From Patescibacteria group bacterium (GTDB taxonomy: Bacteria; Patescibacteriota; Dojkabacteria; J137): a DNA stretch of 64,000 nucleotides. This document shows positions 17,338 through 27,551 of the stretch, piece by piece. The stretch's first letter is position 1, and every line of letters starts with the position of its first letter. Under the pieces are notes generated by a model. That model searched no databases, had not been told where the DNA came from, and saw only the letters and a list, made by a program, of their open reading frames with translations. Where the stretch lies: NCBI GenBank assembly GCA_016861265.1, contig BOLA01000001.1:459569-523568 (forward strand), given 5' to 3'. The translations under genes and the position numbers were made by a program.

Positions 17338-18264
17338 ATGAAAAGAAAATTAATTATTGTTGGGTCCGGACCTGCAGGATTAACAGCCGCAATTTATGCT
17401 GCTCGAGCAGATCTTAACCCTCTAGTCATTGCAGGCGTTACTTGGGGTGGTCAATTAATGAATACAACCGAAGTTGAAAACTTTCCAGGTTTCATAGAAG
17501 GAATTAAGGGCCCAGATTTGATGAGTAATATGCTGGAGCAGGCGAAAAGATTTGGGGCTGAAATAATTTATGAGAACGCAACTCAAGTTATAGACAAAGG
17601 TGATAGCAAGGTCGTAAAAACATACGAAAATGAATATGAATCCGATGCAGTTATTCTTGCAACAGGTGCTACTCCACGTTTATTGAATGTGCCGGGAGAA
17701 ACTAAGTTTTATGGAAGAGGAGTTTCTACATGTGCAACCTGCGACGCCGCATTTTATAAAGAGAAAACAGTTGCTGTAATTGGTGGAGGAGATAGTGCAA
17801 TGGAAGATGCCACATTTCTTACCAGATTTGCAACAAAGGTATACTTAGTACATAGAAGAGATGAATTTAGGGCAAGTCCAATAATGATTCATAGAGCTCT
17901 AAACAACCCCAAAATTGAGGTTTTATATAACTCCCAGGTAGAGTCAATTGAAGGCGAATTGAAGGTTAGTACTTTAAATTTACTAAATAACAAGACAAAC
18001 GAGAAAACAAGCTTAAAGGTGGATGGAATATTCCTAGCTATAGGTCATATTCCGGTTACGGACTTCTTAGGAAATACAATTGAGCTTACAGAAGAAGGAT
18101 ACATAAAGAGTTCGGATGGTGTTCATACTTCTATGCAAGGAGTGTTTGTGGCAGGAGATGTAGAGGATCATAAATATAGGCAGGCAATAACGGCTGCTGG
18201 TGCAGGTTGTAGAGCGGCTCTTGATGCTCAGAAATGGCTGGAAACGTTAGAAGATAAGGAATAA
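17338..18264 (+). CDS. trxB: Thioredoxin-disulfide reductase
   Basis: FAD motif (GSGPAGLTAAIYAARA), redox-active CATCD motif and NADPH-binding GGGDSA motif. Confidence 0.9.
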   Translation: MKRKLIIVGSGPAGLTAAIYAARADLNPLVIAGVTWGGQLMNTTEVENFPGFIEGIKGPDLMSNMLEQAKRFGAEIIYENATQVIDKGDSKVVKTYENEYESDAVILATGATPRLLNVPGETKFYGRGVSTCATCDAAFYKEKTVAVIGGGDSAMEDATFLTRFATKVYLVHRRDEFRASPIMIHRALNNPKIEVLYNSQVESIEGELKVSTLNLLNNKTNEKTSLKVDGIFLAIGHIPVTDFLGNTIELTEEGYIKSSDGVHTSMQGVFVAGDVEDHKYRQAITAAGAGCRAALDAQKWLETLEDKE

Positions 18265-18290
18265 AAAAAAGCCCTTCGGGGCTTTTTTTA
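18263..18290. terminator. Bidirectional rho-independent terminator between trxB and infB
   Basis: AAAAAAAA-GCCC-TTCG-GGGC-TTTTTTT: a GC stem with a TTCG tetraloop, flanked by an A-tract and a T-tract between convergent genes. Confidence 0.75.
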
Positions 18291-19880
18291 AAATGCTGAT
18301 TCTAGTTTAAACGCTACTATTTCATCACCCGGTTCAACTTGTTCAATCTTGTTGTCTATTAATATTCCGCAATCTAAACCTTTTTTAACTTCCTTTACTT
18401 CATCCTTTCTAATTCTTAACGAAGTAATCTTTCCTCTTCCTAATTCATAAATATCGTCTTTAACCTGTCTTAGTATTTTTACTCTGTAACCTCTTAACAT
18501 TAAACCTTTAACTACTTCACTTCCATAAACAGCTGAGCCATCGGAAAGTGTGAATACTTGTTTTACTTTCGCCTTTGCGATTTCAACTTCTTCCTCAACT
18601 GGTGCTCCCAAGCTATTTAATACATCTGTTACTTCATCAAACATTTCGTAAATTACTTCGTAGTTTCTTACCAAGACTTTCTCGTTCCGAGCTTGAGTTG
18701 CAATTTTTGAAGGCGTTGGCAATTGAAATGTTACCACAATAGCATGTGCCAACTTTGCTCTAGTAATTTCATCTTCGGTTACATTTCCAGTCCCTGATGC
18801 AAGAATGTTAATTTCAGCCTCTTCAGTTTTAATCCCCTTCAAATGAGACAAAATAGCTTCAAGAGTTCCTTCTGTAGAAGCCTTTACTATTACATTTAGC
18901 TTTTTTACATCCAAACCTTGCTTGACCTCTTCTCTTCCGATTAACATTTTGGCGAACATAGTCTCTGCAGCAGACATACCCTCTACTTCCTCAGTCTTTT
19001 CTTCTTGAGCGATCTCTTTTACTGCTAATTCCTTTGCTAATAATCTAGCCTTATCTTCATTCTCTACAAAGTATAAAGTTTCTCCCGCAGGTAATGTGGT
19101 TCTTAGTCCGGTAATCCAGAACGGCTGTGATTCCATAACCTTGTCAATAGGTTTTTGAGTGTGATCAAGGTAACTTCTTACCTTAAAAATCCCTTCTTTG
19201 GAAACACCATAGATTCTACTATTAAGATTTCCAGATTTTAGAATACATAAGGCAACATTACCAATTTGCTTATCTAAGGAAGATTCTAGAATAAATGCCT
19301 CTGCATTCGTACCTTCTTTAGGCATTACAGACTTTAATTCATGAACCTCAGATAGTAGCTGAATGCCTTCAAGTAATTCATCTAGTCCTGTTCTTTCTTT
19401 CGCAGATATCTCAAAGAATAGCGTATCTCCGCCATATTCTTCTGCTACAACTCCATAACTTGATAATTCAGTCTTAATCTTTTGAAGATTAATGCCTTTA
19501 ATATCAACTTTATTAATAGCTACAATAATTGGGACATTATCTCTTTTTGCGAATTCAATTGACTGTTTAGTTTGCGGCTGCACACCATCATCTGCGGCAA
19601 CAATTAATAGTACAAAGTCGGTAACCTGTGCACCTCTAGATCTCATACTACTGAATGCTTCGTGTCCAGGCGTGTCAATAAAAGTGATTCTAAAACCACT
19701 TTTTGTAACGACCTCGTGGGCCCTTGTATTCTGGGTAATACCTCCTGCTTCCTTATCTGCAACTCTAGTTCCTCTAATTGCATCTAGAAAACTGGTCTTG
19801 CCGTGGTCGACATGCCCCATTACAGCGACTATAGGTGTTCTTACGGAATTTTGTATAACTTTTTCAACTTTGTTTGGCAT
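18288..19880 (-). CDS. infB: Translation initiation factor IF-2 (short form lacking N-terminal domains)
   Basis: G-domain (GHVDHGKTS, DTPGHEAF, NKVD) and conserved IF-2 C-terminal domains. Only 530 aa. Confidence 0.9.
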   Translation of the reverse strand: MPNKVEKVIQNSVRTPIVAVMGHVDHGKTSFLDAIRGTRVADKEAGGITQNTRAHEVVTKSGFRITFIDTPGHEAFSSMRSRGAQVTDFVLLIVAADDGVQPQTKQSIEFAKRDNVPIIVAINKVDIKGINLQKIKTELSSYGVVAEEYGGDTLFFEISAKERTGLDELLEGIQLLSEVHELKSVMPKEGTNAEAFILESSLDKQIGNVALCILKSGNLNSRIYGVSKEGIFKVRSYLDHTQKPIDKVMESQPFWITGLRTTLPAGETLYFVENEDKARLLAKELAVKEIAQEEKTEEVEGMSAAETMFAKMLIGREEVKQGLDVKKLNVIVKASTEGTLEAILSHLKGIKTEEAEINILASGTGNVTEDEITRAKLAHAIVVTFQLPTPSKIATQARNEKVLVRNYEVIYEMFDEVTDVLNSLGAPVEEEVEIAKAKVKQVFTLSDGSAVYGSEVVKGLMLRGYRVKILRQVKDDIYELGRGKITSLRIRKDEVKEVKKGLDCGILIDNKIEQVEPGDEIVAFKLESAF

Positions 19881-19975
19881 TGGAAAATAAAAAATTTTTA
19901 ACTCGTTGATTTTAGCACATTAGGCAATGGAATTAAATTCCAATGGACTTTAGAATAAAATATGTATAATTACTT

Positions 19976-21382
19976 ATGTTCAAATTTGAAAAACTAAAGG
20001 ATACTAAACTTTCTTTTATTCTACCTATACTCAGTCTGTGCGTTATTGGAGGAATTACTGTCTTTTCAACAACTTACGACAACGGGGTATCGGGTATGTT
20101 CACTAATCACCTGGCGTTCTATTTGGTTGGATTTGTGCTTTTCCTTACTATATCCACAATTAATCCTGCCAAGTTAAAGCTAAAGATAGTAAATCTTTTA
20201 ATTGTAGCCTTCTCTATAGCTTCTTTAGTGGCTGTAATATTCCTAGGTACCGAAATATATGGAGCACAAAGATGGATAGACCTAGGGTTCTTCAGTTTTC
20301 AACCTTCGGAGTTTGTAAAAGTAAGCATTATACTATTCACAGCTTTTTGTTTAGGGGTGAGGACAAAAAGAGAAACTGAGGAAATCTTTAATATTTATTT
20401 ATTAAAGGAAAGCAGCTGGGTTCAGATAAGAAGGATGTTAACGTCTGAGGAATTTATTAAATCTGCAATGGCAATTTTATTTTACCTTGTAAGTGTGGTG
20501 CTCATTATAAAACAAAAGTCTTTAGGGAACTCTATTTTACTTACTTTAATATTCTTATCAATACTCTTAATAAATCTAAATATTAGTCCTGCTGCACTAT
20601 TATTTATTGTTCCGCTAGTAGTTGGGATATTAATCAGTTTTAACACTATAGACTTAGGGAATCTTTCTAATTTATTTGGATTTAACTTTTATCTTTTAGT
20701 AAGTATAGTAATAATAATCTTAATTTATTATCTAGGTAAAAGACTTAAATTAAATACTATTATTATGTACTTCTTTTTTGGGGTGGGACTTTTAGCGCAG
20801 CCTGCTATAAGCTTCTCATATAATCAAGTACTTGAACCTTATCAAAGACAAAGAATTGAATCGTTTTTGGGTGCAGAAGATGATGTAAATTTATTCCAAA
20901 ACGAAGATTTTAATAGGCAAATGTCTATTCTAGCAGTCGGCTCTGGAAGAGTTTTTGGCAAGGGACTACTGAAAGGTAATATTGTGAATTCTAGACTGCT
21001 CCCCTTTGCTTTTACAGACTTTGCTTTTGCTGGTTTTGCTGAACAATTTGGATTTGTCGGTGGATTATTGATTATAAGCCTTTATATTATTCTCTTAATT
21101 AAAATCTTTAAAATATTTCTTAAAACTAACGATAACTTCTACAGGTTTATTTGCATTGGAGTGATTTCCTTAATATTTTTTAACTGTGCACAACATATTG
21201 CTATGAATATGGGCATTACGCCAATTACTGGGGTTCCTTTGCCTTTGATTAGCTATGGTGGAAGTTCAATACTATCTATATTTATAGGCTTGGGGATAGT
21301 TAATGCTATTGATATTTTTGGAGACCAAGATGTGCAAATAGAAAGTCTTAAGGCTGATTACGGTTTTAACAATAGAACTTAA
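19976..21382 (+). CDS. ftsW: SEDS-family peptidoglycan glycosyltransferase (FtsW/RodA)
   Basis: Polytopic membrane protein with the SEDS signature (PFAFTDFAFAGFAEQFGFVGG). Confidence 0.8.
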   Translation: MFKFEKLKDTKLSFILPILSLCVIGGITVFSTTYDNGVSGMFTNHLAFYLVGFVLFLTISTINPAKLKLKIVNLLIVAFSIASLVAVIFLGTEIYGAQRWIDLGFFSFQPSEFVKVSIILFTAFCLGVRTKRETEEIFNIYLLKESSWVQIRRMLTSEEFIKSAMAILFYLVSVVLIIKQKSLGNSILLTLIFLSILLINLNISPAALLFIVPLVVGILISFNTIDLGNLSNLFGFNFYLLVSIVIIILIYYLGKRLKLNTIIMYFFFGVGLLAQPAISFSYNQVLEPYQRQRIESFLGAEDDVNLFQNEDFNRQMSILAVGSGRVFGKGLLKGNIVNSRLLPFAFTDFAFAGFAEQFGFVGGLLIISLYIILLIKIFKIFLKTNDNFYRFICIGVISLIFFNCAQHIAMNMGITPITGVPLPLISYGGSSILSIFIGLGIVNAIDIFGDQDVQIESLKADYGFNNRT

Positions 21383-23609
21383 TAGTTTCTAGAGCCTTAT
21401 TAACATAGCTTGATTCCTCTATATTTATTGCTGCGGAACTTGTAATCGAGTTTACTAGTTCTTTGTCGTTTAATAACTTCTCTACTGCTTGTGCAATTGC
21501 ATCTGAGGAATTGTTCTCTATTTTGAATACTTCATTGTTTAATTCCTCAAAGGCCTTGATATTTGTAACTATTGTAGGATTCAATGAAGCCAGTGTCTTT
21601 TCTACAGCCGCACTAGCTGATTCACCAGCAATATCAACATAAGCAAGTATATTAATATCTACCGCTTGTAAAATCACTTCTATGACCTTACGGTCTAGAA
21701 AATCAGTAACCAACATAACATTATCCTGTAATTCCGACTTATTTATCTGTTCTTTTATAGAATTAAGGAGTCCACCAGCAAGAATATTATTTGATGACAC
21801 TGCACTTAAAGCGATAAACAATATCTTATTGTATTTTTTCTTTAATAAACCTACTGCTTCAATAATATGCTCTACTCCCTTATTGGTATTTAACAGTCCA
21901 TGCGTAGCAATAATTGGTGTATTTTCTGCTAATCCTAAGGTTTTTCGTAGAGTAAATTTATTTCTATTCCTATACTCTATCCTTGGAATTCTCATTAACT
22001 CACAATTATCAAAAGTTTGCTTTGCATAATCTGCATCTTCTTTATTATGAAAAATTATTTTGGTTGCATATTTTAAATTCTCACAAGACTTAATAAGATC
22101 AAAACCGGTGGATCTTACTGAATGAAGCGTTACAAAAGTCTTAACCCCTAAGTAACTTAATTTAAGCAGAAACTCATTTAACGATTCAGGAGAAAATGCG
22201 CCAGTATGGTACTGAATATGGAGATAATCAATTTCTTCGGTCTTTAGGAATTCTATTACTTCATTGAATTGAGTTTCGCCCGTTGACCAGTTTCTTATTA
22301 CATTTGCTGCATCGGGAGCTGTCCTATCGGCGATATCCGAGTTTGCGAGATAATAAAATTTATTAAAGAGAGCTTCGATGTTCTTGTATAAACCTTCTGA
22401 ATAAAAATGAATGCCTGTCTGATCGTTCAAAAAGGTAAGTACTGCTATATTTTGATTTTTTAATTCTGCTGCACCCTGAACCTTGCTTATAAACTCAATA
22501 GTTTTCTTTGCTGAGTTAGCCCAGTTTATTTTATCGGCCGATATTTTGGCTTTACTTACCCTCTCTTCAAGCTCTAGTTTCTGAGCCTTAGAACCTTGAG
22601 TTACGGTATAAAAAACTTCTTTCATGTAACTTTTTAGCTGGTCTATATCTGGTTCAGCCCAGTATGAGTTTAAGTTTACAATCTCGTTCTTACTTGAGAT
22701 TTCTAACTTAAAATCAAGTAGGTACGAATTATTGTAATCACAAAAGTCCATATGACCACTGTATCCTGTAGTAATTACCGGTATCCCGATTTTCATAGCT
22801 TCTAGTATAGGTAAGCCGAATCCTTCTCCTCTTGTCGGATAAACAACACAGTCACAGGCTCGGTTTAAATCCCCAATTTCTTCATCCGTAAAATCAGCTG
22901 AATTTATATGGATAACCTCCGGAGAGTTTTCCGACTTAAGTTCATTAATTAATTGATCAACAATATTATCGGGTCCGGGAAAGCTTTTAATTACAAGTGT
23001 ACAATCATCTTTATCAGTAAATTCGCTAAAATACGCTTTGAGTAAAATATCTACACCCTTTCTCTGCTTTGCCGTACTTACATGTAAAAATTTAAATTTC
23101 TTATTAGTTTTAATTTCATATTTTTTACCTAGTACAGAACCTAATGTTTCATCTAACGCATTCGATACTACATAAATAGGAACTTTCACACCAGAATTTA
23201 ACAGTGTTTCCTTTACGAATTTTGATGCCACCATAACTCCTTGCAGGTTTGAGTTTATTTCATCTACCCAAATCTCTGGGTAAGAATTATCTTCCCAAGC
23301 TGTATACATTAATTTAACTTTCGCATTTAGATTCTTTAGTCCATGTAAATTGGTAACTGATTTAGGGAAATTATTATAAATTGCAATATCGGTTTCAAAG
23401 GGATCAAATTTAACTTTATCTTTAATATCGGGGAATTTTTCTAAATCGGAAGTTGAAGGTAACCAATCAATTTTATCCTTATCACAATACAAGAAGGCCT
23501 CGTAATTTTCCCCTAGCGAATTTATTGCAGATGCAAGATTTCTATTAACTTTAGCTAAGCTATAGTTGGTAAAATATGGACCAACTATCTGTATAGTTTT
23601 TTTTGTCAT
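21366..23609 (-). CDS. Tandem-domain GT4 (group 1) glycosyltransferase
   Basis: Two GT-B units. The first carries the EGFGLPILEAMKIGIPVI motif (E-x7-E) and the second is GT4-like (IIATHGLLNTNKGVEHIIEAV). Its 3' end overlaps ftsW convergently by 17 bp. Confidence 0.7.
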   Translation of the reverse strand: MTKKTIQIVGPYFTNYSLAKVNRNLASAINSLGENYEAFLYCDKDKIDWLPSTSDLEKFPDIKDKVKFDPFETDIAIYNNFPKSVTNLHGLKNLNAKVKLMYTAWEDNSYPEIWVDEINSNLQGVMVASKFVKETLLNSGVKVPIYVVSNALDETLGSVLGKKYEIKTNKKFKFLHVSTAKQRKGVDILLKAYFSEFTDKDDCTLVIKSFPGPDNIVDQLINELKSENSPEVIHINSADFTDEEIGDLNRACDCVVYPTRGEGFGLPILEAMKIGIPVITTGYSGHMDFCDYNNSYLLDFKLEISSKNEIVNLNSYWAEPDIDQLKSYMKEVFYTVTQGSKAQKLELEERVSKAKISADKINWANSAKKTIEFISKVQGAAELKNQNIAVLTFLNDQTGIHFYSEGLYKNIEALFNKFYYLANSDIADRTAPDAANVIRNWSTGETQFNEVIEFLKTEEIDYLHIQYHTGAFSPESLNEFLLKLSYLGVKTFVTLHSVRSTGFDLIKSCENLKYATKIIFHNKEDADYAKQTFDNCELMRIPRIEYRNRNKFTLRKTLGLAENTPIIATHGLLNTNKGVEHIIEAVGLLKKKYNKILFIALSAVSSNNILAGGLLNSIKEQINKSELQDNVMLVTDFLDRKVIEVILQAVDINILAYVDIAGESASAAVEKTLASLNPTIVTNIKAFEELNNEVFKIENNSSDAIAQAVEKLLNDKELVNSITSSAAINIEESSYVNKALETIKFYC

Positions 23610-24208
23610 TTAGTTAATTCCTCGTAATTTCCTATCAATAGGGTATTATCTTGACTTAAAAGGTCAATAATCATCTGATCCTTTCTCCTTTTTCTTAGTG
23701 CAAACTCATTAGATTTTAAGACCATATAGTGAATCTCCCTCCCTGCAGGTGATTGATAATTCTTAACTAATTCCTCAAGAACAGGTAAGTCAATGTCTCC
23801 AATTACAACTAAATCAATAGGTTGTGATCCATTTACATAGGCTTTTGTAAATGCCGGGGTTAAAAATGCGAACTCTATTTCCCCTATTTTCTTGCTACCG
23901 GTTATAACCTCGCCCCCTAAACCATAAACCTTATGAAACATTGATGCGATATCGTTAAAGAAAATATGTTCTACATTTGCTTTAAAATATTTTCGATTTC
24001 CTTTGCTCTCGCAGACTATAAATTTAGTTTCTTCTAGTCTATTTAATTCTCTCCTTACGGCATTAATTTCCTCTTCGAATTCCCTAACGGCACCTCTTAG
24101 GTGGATAGTTATTCCAGGATTCATTACAAAGTACTTTAGAGTTTTAATTCTTACTTTAGAGATAAATAAGTGTTCCAGAGATTTTAGACCAATATTGTTC
24201 ATATGCAC
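23606..24208 (-). CDS. Hypothetical protein with an N-terminal winged-helix (ArsR/MarR-like) fold
   Basis: Helix-turn-helix-like segment (VRIKTLKYFVMNPGITIHLRGAVREFEEEINAVRRELNRLEE). No confident family assignment. Confidence 0.3.
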   Translation of the reverse strand: MHMNNIGLKSLEHLFISKVRIKTLKYFVMNPGITIHLRGAVREFEEEINAVRRELNRLEETKFIVCESKGNRKYFKANVEHIFFNDIASMFHKVYGLGGEVITGSKKIGEIEFAFLTPAFTKAYVNGSQPIDLVVIGDIDLPVLEELVKNYQSPAGREIHYMVLKSNEFALRKRRKDQMIIDLLSQDNTLLIGNYEELTK

Positions 24209-24273
24209 AGAATTTAATTTTGACTTTAGTGTAAATTAATTAAACAGTATCTACCCTTTTTTAGTCAAGTTTT

Positions 24274-24930
24274 CTACAGAATTTCCTTTATATATTTTAC
24301 TAAAGGACTTACAATTTTAAACTTCTCAGATAAAAATTCGGCAAGATTAGCTTTACCATACTCATTAAATTCAAAGCCTTTAAAGGCAAAAAAGCCTTTG
24401 AGCTTTAAATACTCAGCTAATTCATAATTATCATTGAATTCCGGTGGTACTTTTTTGTAAGTGAATTCCGTACTTAACCCGCCAAAAACTTTATCAAACT
24501 CTTTATTATAGATAATTTCTTCAAAAGTGTCTGGATCTTCTACTATTTTTCTTTTAATTTTTGTTAATTGATCTCGATCTGGAAGGTAAGCTCCTCCTCC
24601 TATAAATAATTGTCCCAGACTATTTATGTGAAAGTGGTAGCCATTTTCCTTTTCTTGTTTATTTGCGGCAAATAGCGCACCGAACTCAGACTTATAAGGA
24701 GATTTATCTTTAGAGAATCTGACGTCTCTATTGATTCGATACGCTACTCGTTTTGGGTTGTAGGTTTCAAAGGTCTTATCAAAACTAATAGAGCTAAACT
24801 TAATGTCTTCTATTAATTTATAAAAATCCTCTCTAAGAACAGTATATTCAGCTCTATTTTGTTCAAACCATTCTTTATTATTATTTGCTTTTAGTGCATT
24901 TAAAAATTTTATGGTTTTTTCAACATTCAT
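24274..24930 (-). CDS. DUF2461 (TIGR02453) family protein
   Basis: NNNKEWFEQNRAEYTV...YRINRDVRFSKDKSPYKSEF matches the conserved DUF2461 signature. Confidence 0.5.
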   Translation of the reverse strand: MNVEKTIKFLNALKANNNKEWFEQNRAEYTVLREDFYKLIEDIKFSSISFDKTFETYNPKRVAYRINRDVRFSKDKSPYKSEFGALFAANKQEKENGYHFHINSLGQLFIGGGAYLPDRDQLTKIKRKIVEDPDTFEEIIYNKEFDKVFGGLSTEFTYKKVPPEFNDNYELAEYLKLKGFFAFKGFEFNEYGKANLAEFLSEKFKIVSPLVKYIKEIL

Positions 24931-24934
24931 TATC

Positions 24935-25960
24935 TTATTGTAATCCTGCTGATTTCTTTACCTCATCCCACACTTCTTTTAACAATTTTTTGTCATTAAA
25001 TAGCAATTCTTTAAGACCTTCTTTTCCTTGCCCCAGATTTTCACCGTTTCTTTTAAACCATGCTCCGGATTTTTCAATTACACCATACTTAACTGCTGCA
25101 TCTACTAAACTGGAGATTTTATCAATTCCCTCTCCGTATCTTATTTCAAATTCAGTTTCTTTGAATGGTGGCGCTACCTTGTTCTTAACAACCTTTACTC
25201 TAACTAAATTACCGACAATATCTTCACCCTTGGTTATTTTTTCTTTAGCCCTAATATCCATTCTAACCGATGCATAGAATTTTAGAGCATTACCACCTGT
25301 TGTAGTTTCCGGATTACCGAACATTACACCAATTTTCATTCTTAATTGATTTAAGAAAATTACGACAGTATTTGTCTTGTTTGCAATACCAGTAATTTTT
25401 CTTAAGGCTTGACTCATTAACCTAGCTTGCAAACCCATGTGCGAATCTCCCATCTCCCCATCAATTTCAGCCTTAGGAGTCAATGCAGCAACGGAGTCCA
25501 CCACAATTACATTTAATGCACCTGATCTTAACAGTGTCTCTAATATTTCCAACGCTTGTTCTCCGTAATCAGGTTGAGAAACTAATAAAGTATCTGTGTC
25601 TATTCCTATTTTTTTTGCATATTCAGGATCGAATGCATGCTCTGCATCAATTAGGGCAGCTGTTCCACCAGTTTTCTGAGCTTCAGCAATAATGTGCATT
25701 GCTAAAGTTGTCTTACCGGAAGATTCAGGTCCATAAATTTCAATTATTCTACCCTTAGGAACCCCACCTACTCCTAATGCGATATCTAAGCCTATAGCAC
25801 CAGTAGAAATTGCGTCGTACTTTTTTACCTTCTCCTCTGCAAGAGTCATTATAGAACCTTCACCAAATTGCTTAGTAATTTGCTGCATCGCCATTTTTAT
25901 AGCATCTGCTTTGTTATCTGTACTTGTGCTAGGTTCCTCTTTTGAAGTTGCTTTTGCCAT
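24935..25960 (-). CDS. recA: Recombinase RecA
   Basis: Walker A (GPESSGKTT), L1/L2 loops and a highly conserved RecA core. Confidence 0.95.
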   Translation of the reverse strand: MAKATSKEEPSTSTDNKADAIKMAMQQITKQFGEGSIMTLAEEKVKKYDAISTGAIGLDIALGVGGVPKGRIIEIYGPESSGKTTLAMHIIAEAQKTGGTAALIDAEHAFDPEYAKKIGIDTDTLLVSQPDYGEQALEILETLLRSGALNVIVVDSVAALTPKAEIDGEMGDSHMGLQARLMSQALRKITGIANKTNTVVIFLNQLRMKIGVMFGNPETTTGGNALKFYASVRMDIRAKEKITKGEDIVGNLVRVKVVKNKVAPPFKETEFEIRYGEGIDKISSLVDAAVKYGVIEKSGAWFKRNGENLGQGKEGLKELLFNDKKLLKEVWDEVKKSAGLQ

Positions 25961-26088
25961 ATTAAAATTTTTAAATATAAACTAAACAATATTAAATTAT
26001 CTTTCTTACAAACTTATTACTAAGCAGAAACAAATATTGTTTTTAAAATAATAAGCCAATATGGTGAATACTGTAAAGGTATACGGCG

Positions 26089-26667
26089 TCAATAACCTTC
26101 AGTTAAGGATAATACGAGCTCAACTGGCTCAACAATTTGTTCACTGGACTCTATTCTAATTACAAAATTTCGATTTGATAGCTCAGGTAGTGTGATAGTT
26201 TTAGGACCATAAGACTCGTCAATTGTATACATTACTAAAGTATCTTTTTCATCTTCAAGATAAACTTTAATTTTGCCCTTTAATTCTTCGGCCATGTAGA
26301 AACTAACCTTTGTTCTTATTACTTGATTATTTGGATTATATAACTCTAAAACTTCCTGTCTTGTTGTTCCCATGCCTAAACCAGGAGAGTTTAACTTTAT
26401 AGAAGCAGAAGAATTGTTGGCATTATTCCTGACTATTGATGAGGTAAAGACCCCTTTAAGGGATGAATTAGATAGATTAACGTCTAATGGGTATTTTTGT
26501 TTCGCATCTGTGGAAATCCCTGCCACACCTGGGCCCTCAAGCATCGCTGTACTTTCCTCTATTATAGGATTGAGTGAAGTAATAGTGACGGTCGCAAGAC
26601 TAATTACGAGAAACAATGCTGATACAGCAAGGGTTGATTGTAGTAGATTGCTATTATTCGAGAGCAT
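26089..26667 (-). CDS. Hypothetical secreted or anchored protein
   Basis: N-terminal signal or TM segment (LAVSALFLVISLATVTI). No recognisable domain. Confidence 0.4.
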   Translation of the reverse strand: MLSNNSNLLQSTLAVSALFLVISLATVTITSLNPIIEESTAMLEGPGVAGISTDAKQKYPLDVNLSNSSLKGVFTSSIVRNNANNSSASIKLNSPGLGMGTTRQEVLELYNPNNQVIRTKVSFYMAEELKGKIKVYLEDEKDTLVMYTIDESYGPKTITLPELSNRNFVIRIESSEQIVEPVELVLSLTEGY

Positions 26668-26798
26668 GAAAACAAATAAACATTTATCTAACTACATACT
26701 AAGTATTAAATAACAAATTGTAAAGTCATAGCATAACCTGATTTTCAAATAGTACTATATAGATTAAAATAAATTACATAAGTTTTTACACTCATACA

Positions 26799-27521
26799 AT
26801 GAGTACCTACGGAATTAAGAGCGAAGCTAATGCTCACAGAGAGCTTTATATGGAATATCGGGATGAAAAATATGCAAGATTTCCTGTCGAAACTCCTATT
26901 GTGAATATAGGTGATGATCTAAATAAATTTATTGAAGATTATGCAAGTCCTTACTTAAAAGAAGGGGACTTTTTATGTATTTCCTCAAAAATAATAAGCA
27001 TTACTCAAAAGTTTGTTGTTCACAGATCTGAAGTAAAAATTACCCCGTTAGCACGATTAATTGTAAAGTTCGTAAAAAAGTGGCCAAATGATTATGGGTA
27101 CTCTCTTCCAGAAAAAATGCAAGTAGCTATTAATATGGTTGGCTACCCTAGAATGATAATTGCATTACTAGGCGGTACTATAATGAAGATCTTAGGGAAA
27201 CCTGGTTACTTCTACAGGATTGCAGGTCATAATATAAATGCAATTGATGGTTTTATACCAACCGCAATGAAACCATTTAACGAATATGCCTTTTTGCCAC
27301 CAATTAACGCCGACAAAATTGCAGAAGATCTTCAGAATAAAATTGGATTTCCGGTAGCAATTGTAGATGGTAACAATATCGACAACAACATTATAGGGTA
27401 TAGTTCAAAACTAAAAGAATCATATTCTGTTCAGGATTTGATGGAAATATTAAAAGGGAACCCTCAAGGTCAGGATGATGACGGAAACATAACCCCAATG
27501 TTAATTATTAGAAAATCTTAA
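26799..27521 (+). CDS. CofE-like (coenzyme F420-0:L-glutamate ligase family) protein
   Basis: Alignable to CofE: GDDL...GDFLCISSKIISITQ (compare GDVLVVCSTVISKAEGR), GHNINAIDGFIP and the IGFPVAIVDGNN region. Confidence 0.5.
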   Translation: MSTYGIKSEANAHRELYMEYRDEKYARFPVETPIVNIGDDLNKFIEDYASPYLKEGDFLCISSKIISITQKFVVHRSEVKITPLARLIVKFVKKWPNDYGYSLPEKMQVAINMVGYPRMIIALLGGTIMKILGKPGYFYRIAGHNINAIDGFIPTAMKPFNEYAFLPPINADKIAEDLQNKIGFPVAIVDGNNIDNNIIGYSSKLKESYSVQDLMEILKGNPQGQDDDGNITPMLIIRKS

Positions 27522-27551
27522 TTAATTTATAGTAAAATAAACTTATTATCC

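Noticed and set aside
19492-19890. 132-aa plus-strand ORF inside infB
   Set aside because: Antisense to the highly conserved IF-2 G-domain. Typical shadow ORF with hydrophobic low-complexity product.
24274-24930. Considered whether the gene adjacent to recA was recX
   Set aside because: The sequence matches the DUF2461/TIGR02453 signature (RINRDVRFSKDKSPYK), not RecX three-helix repeats.
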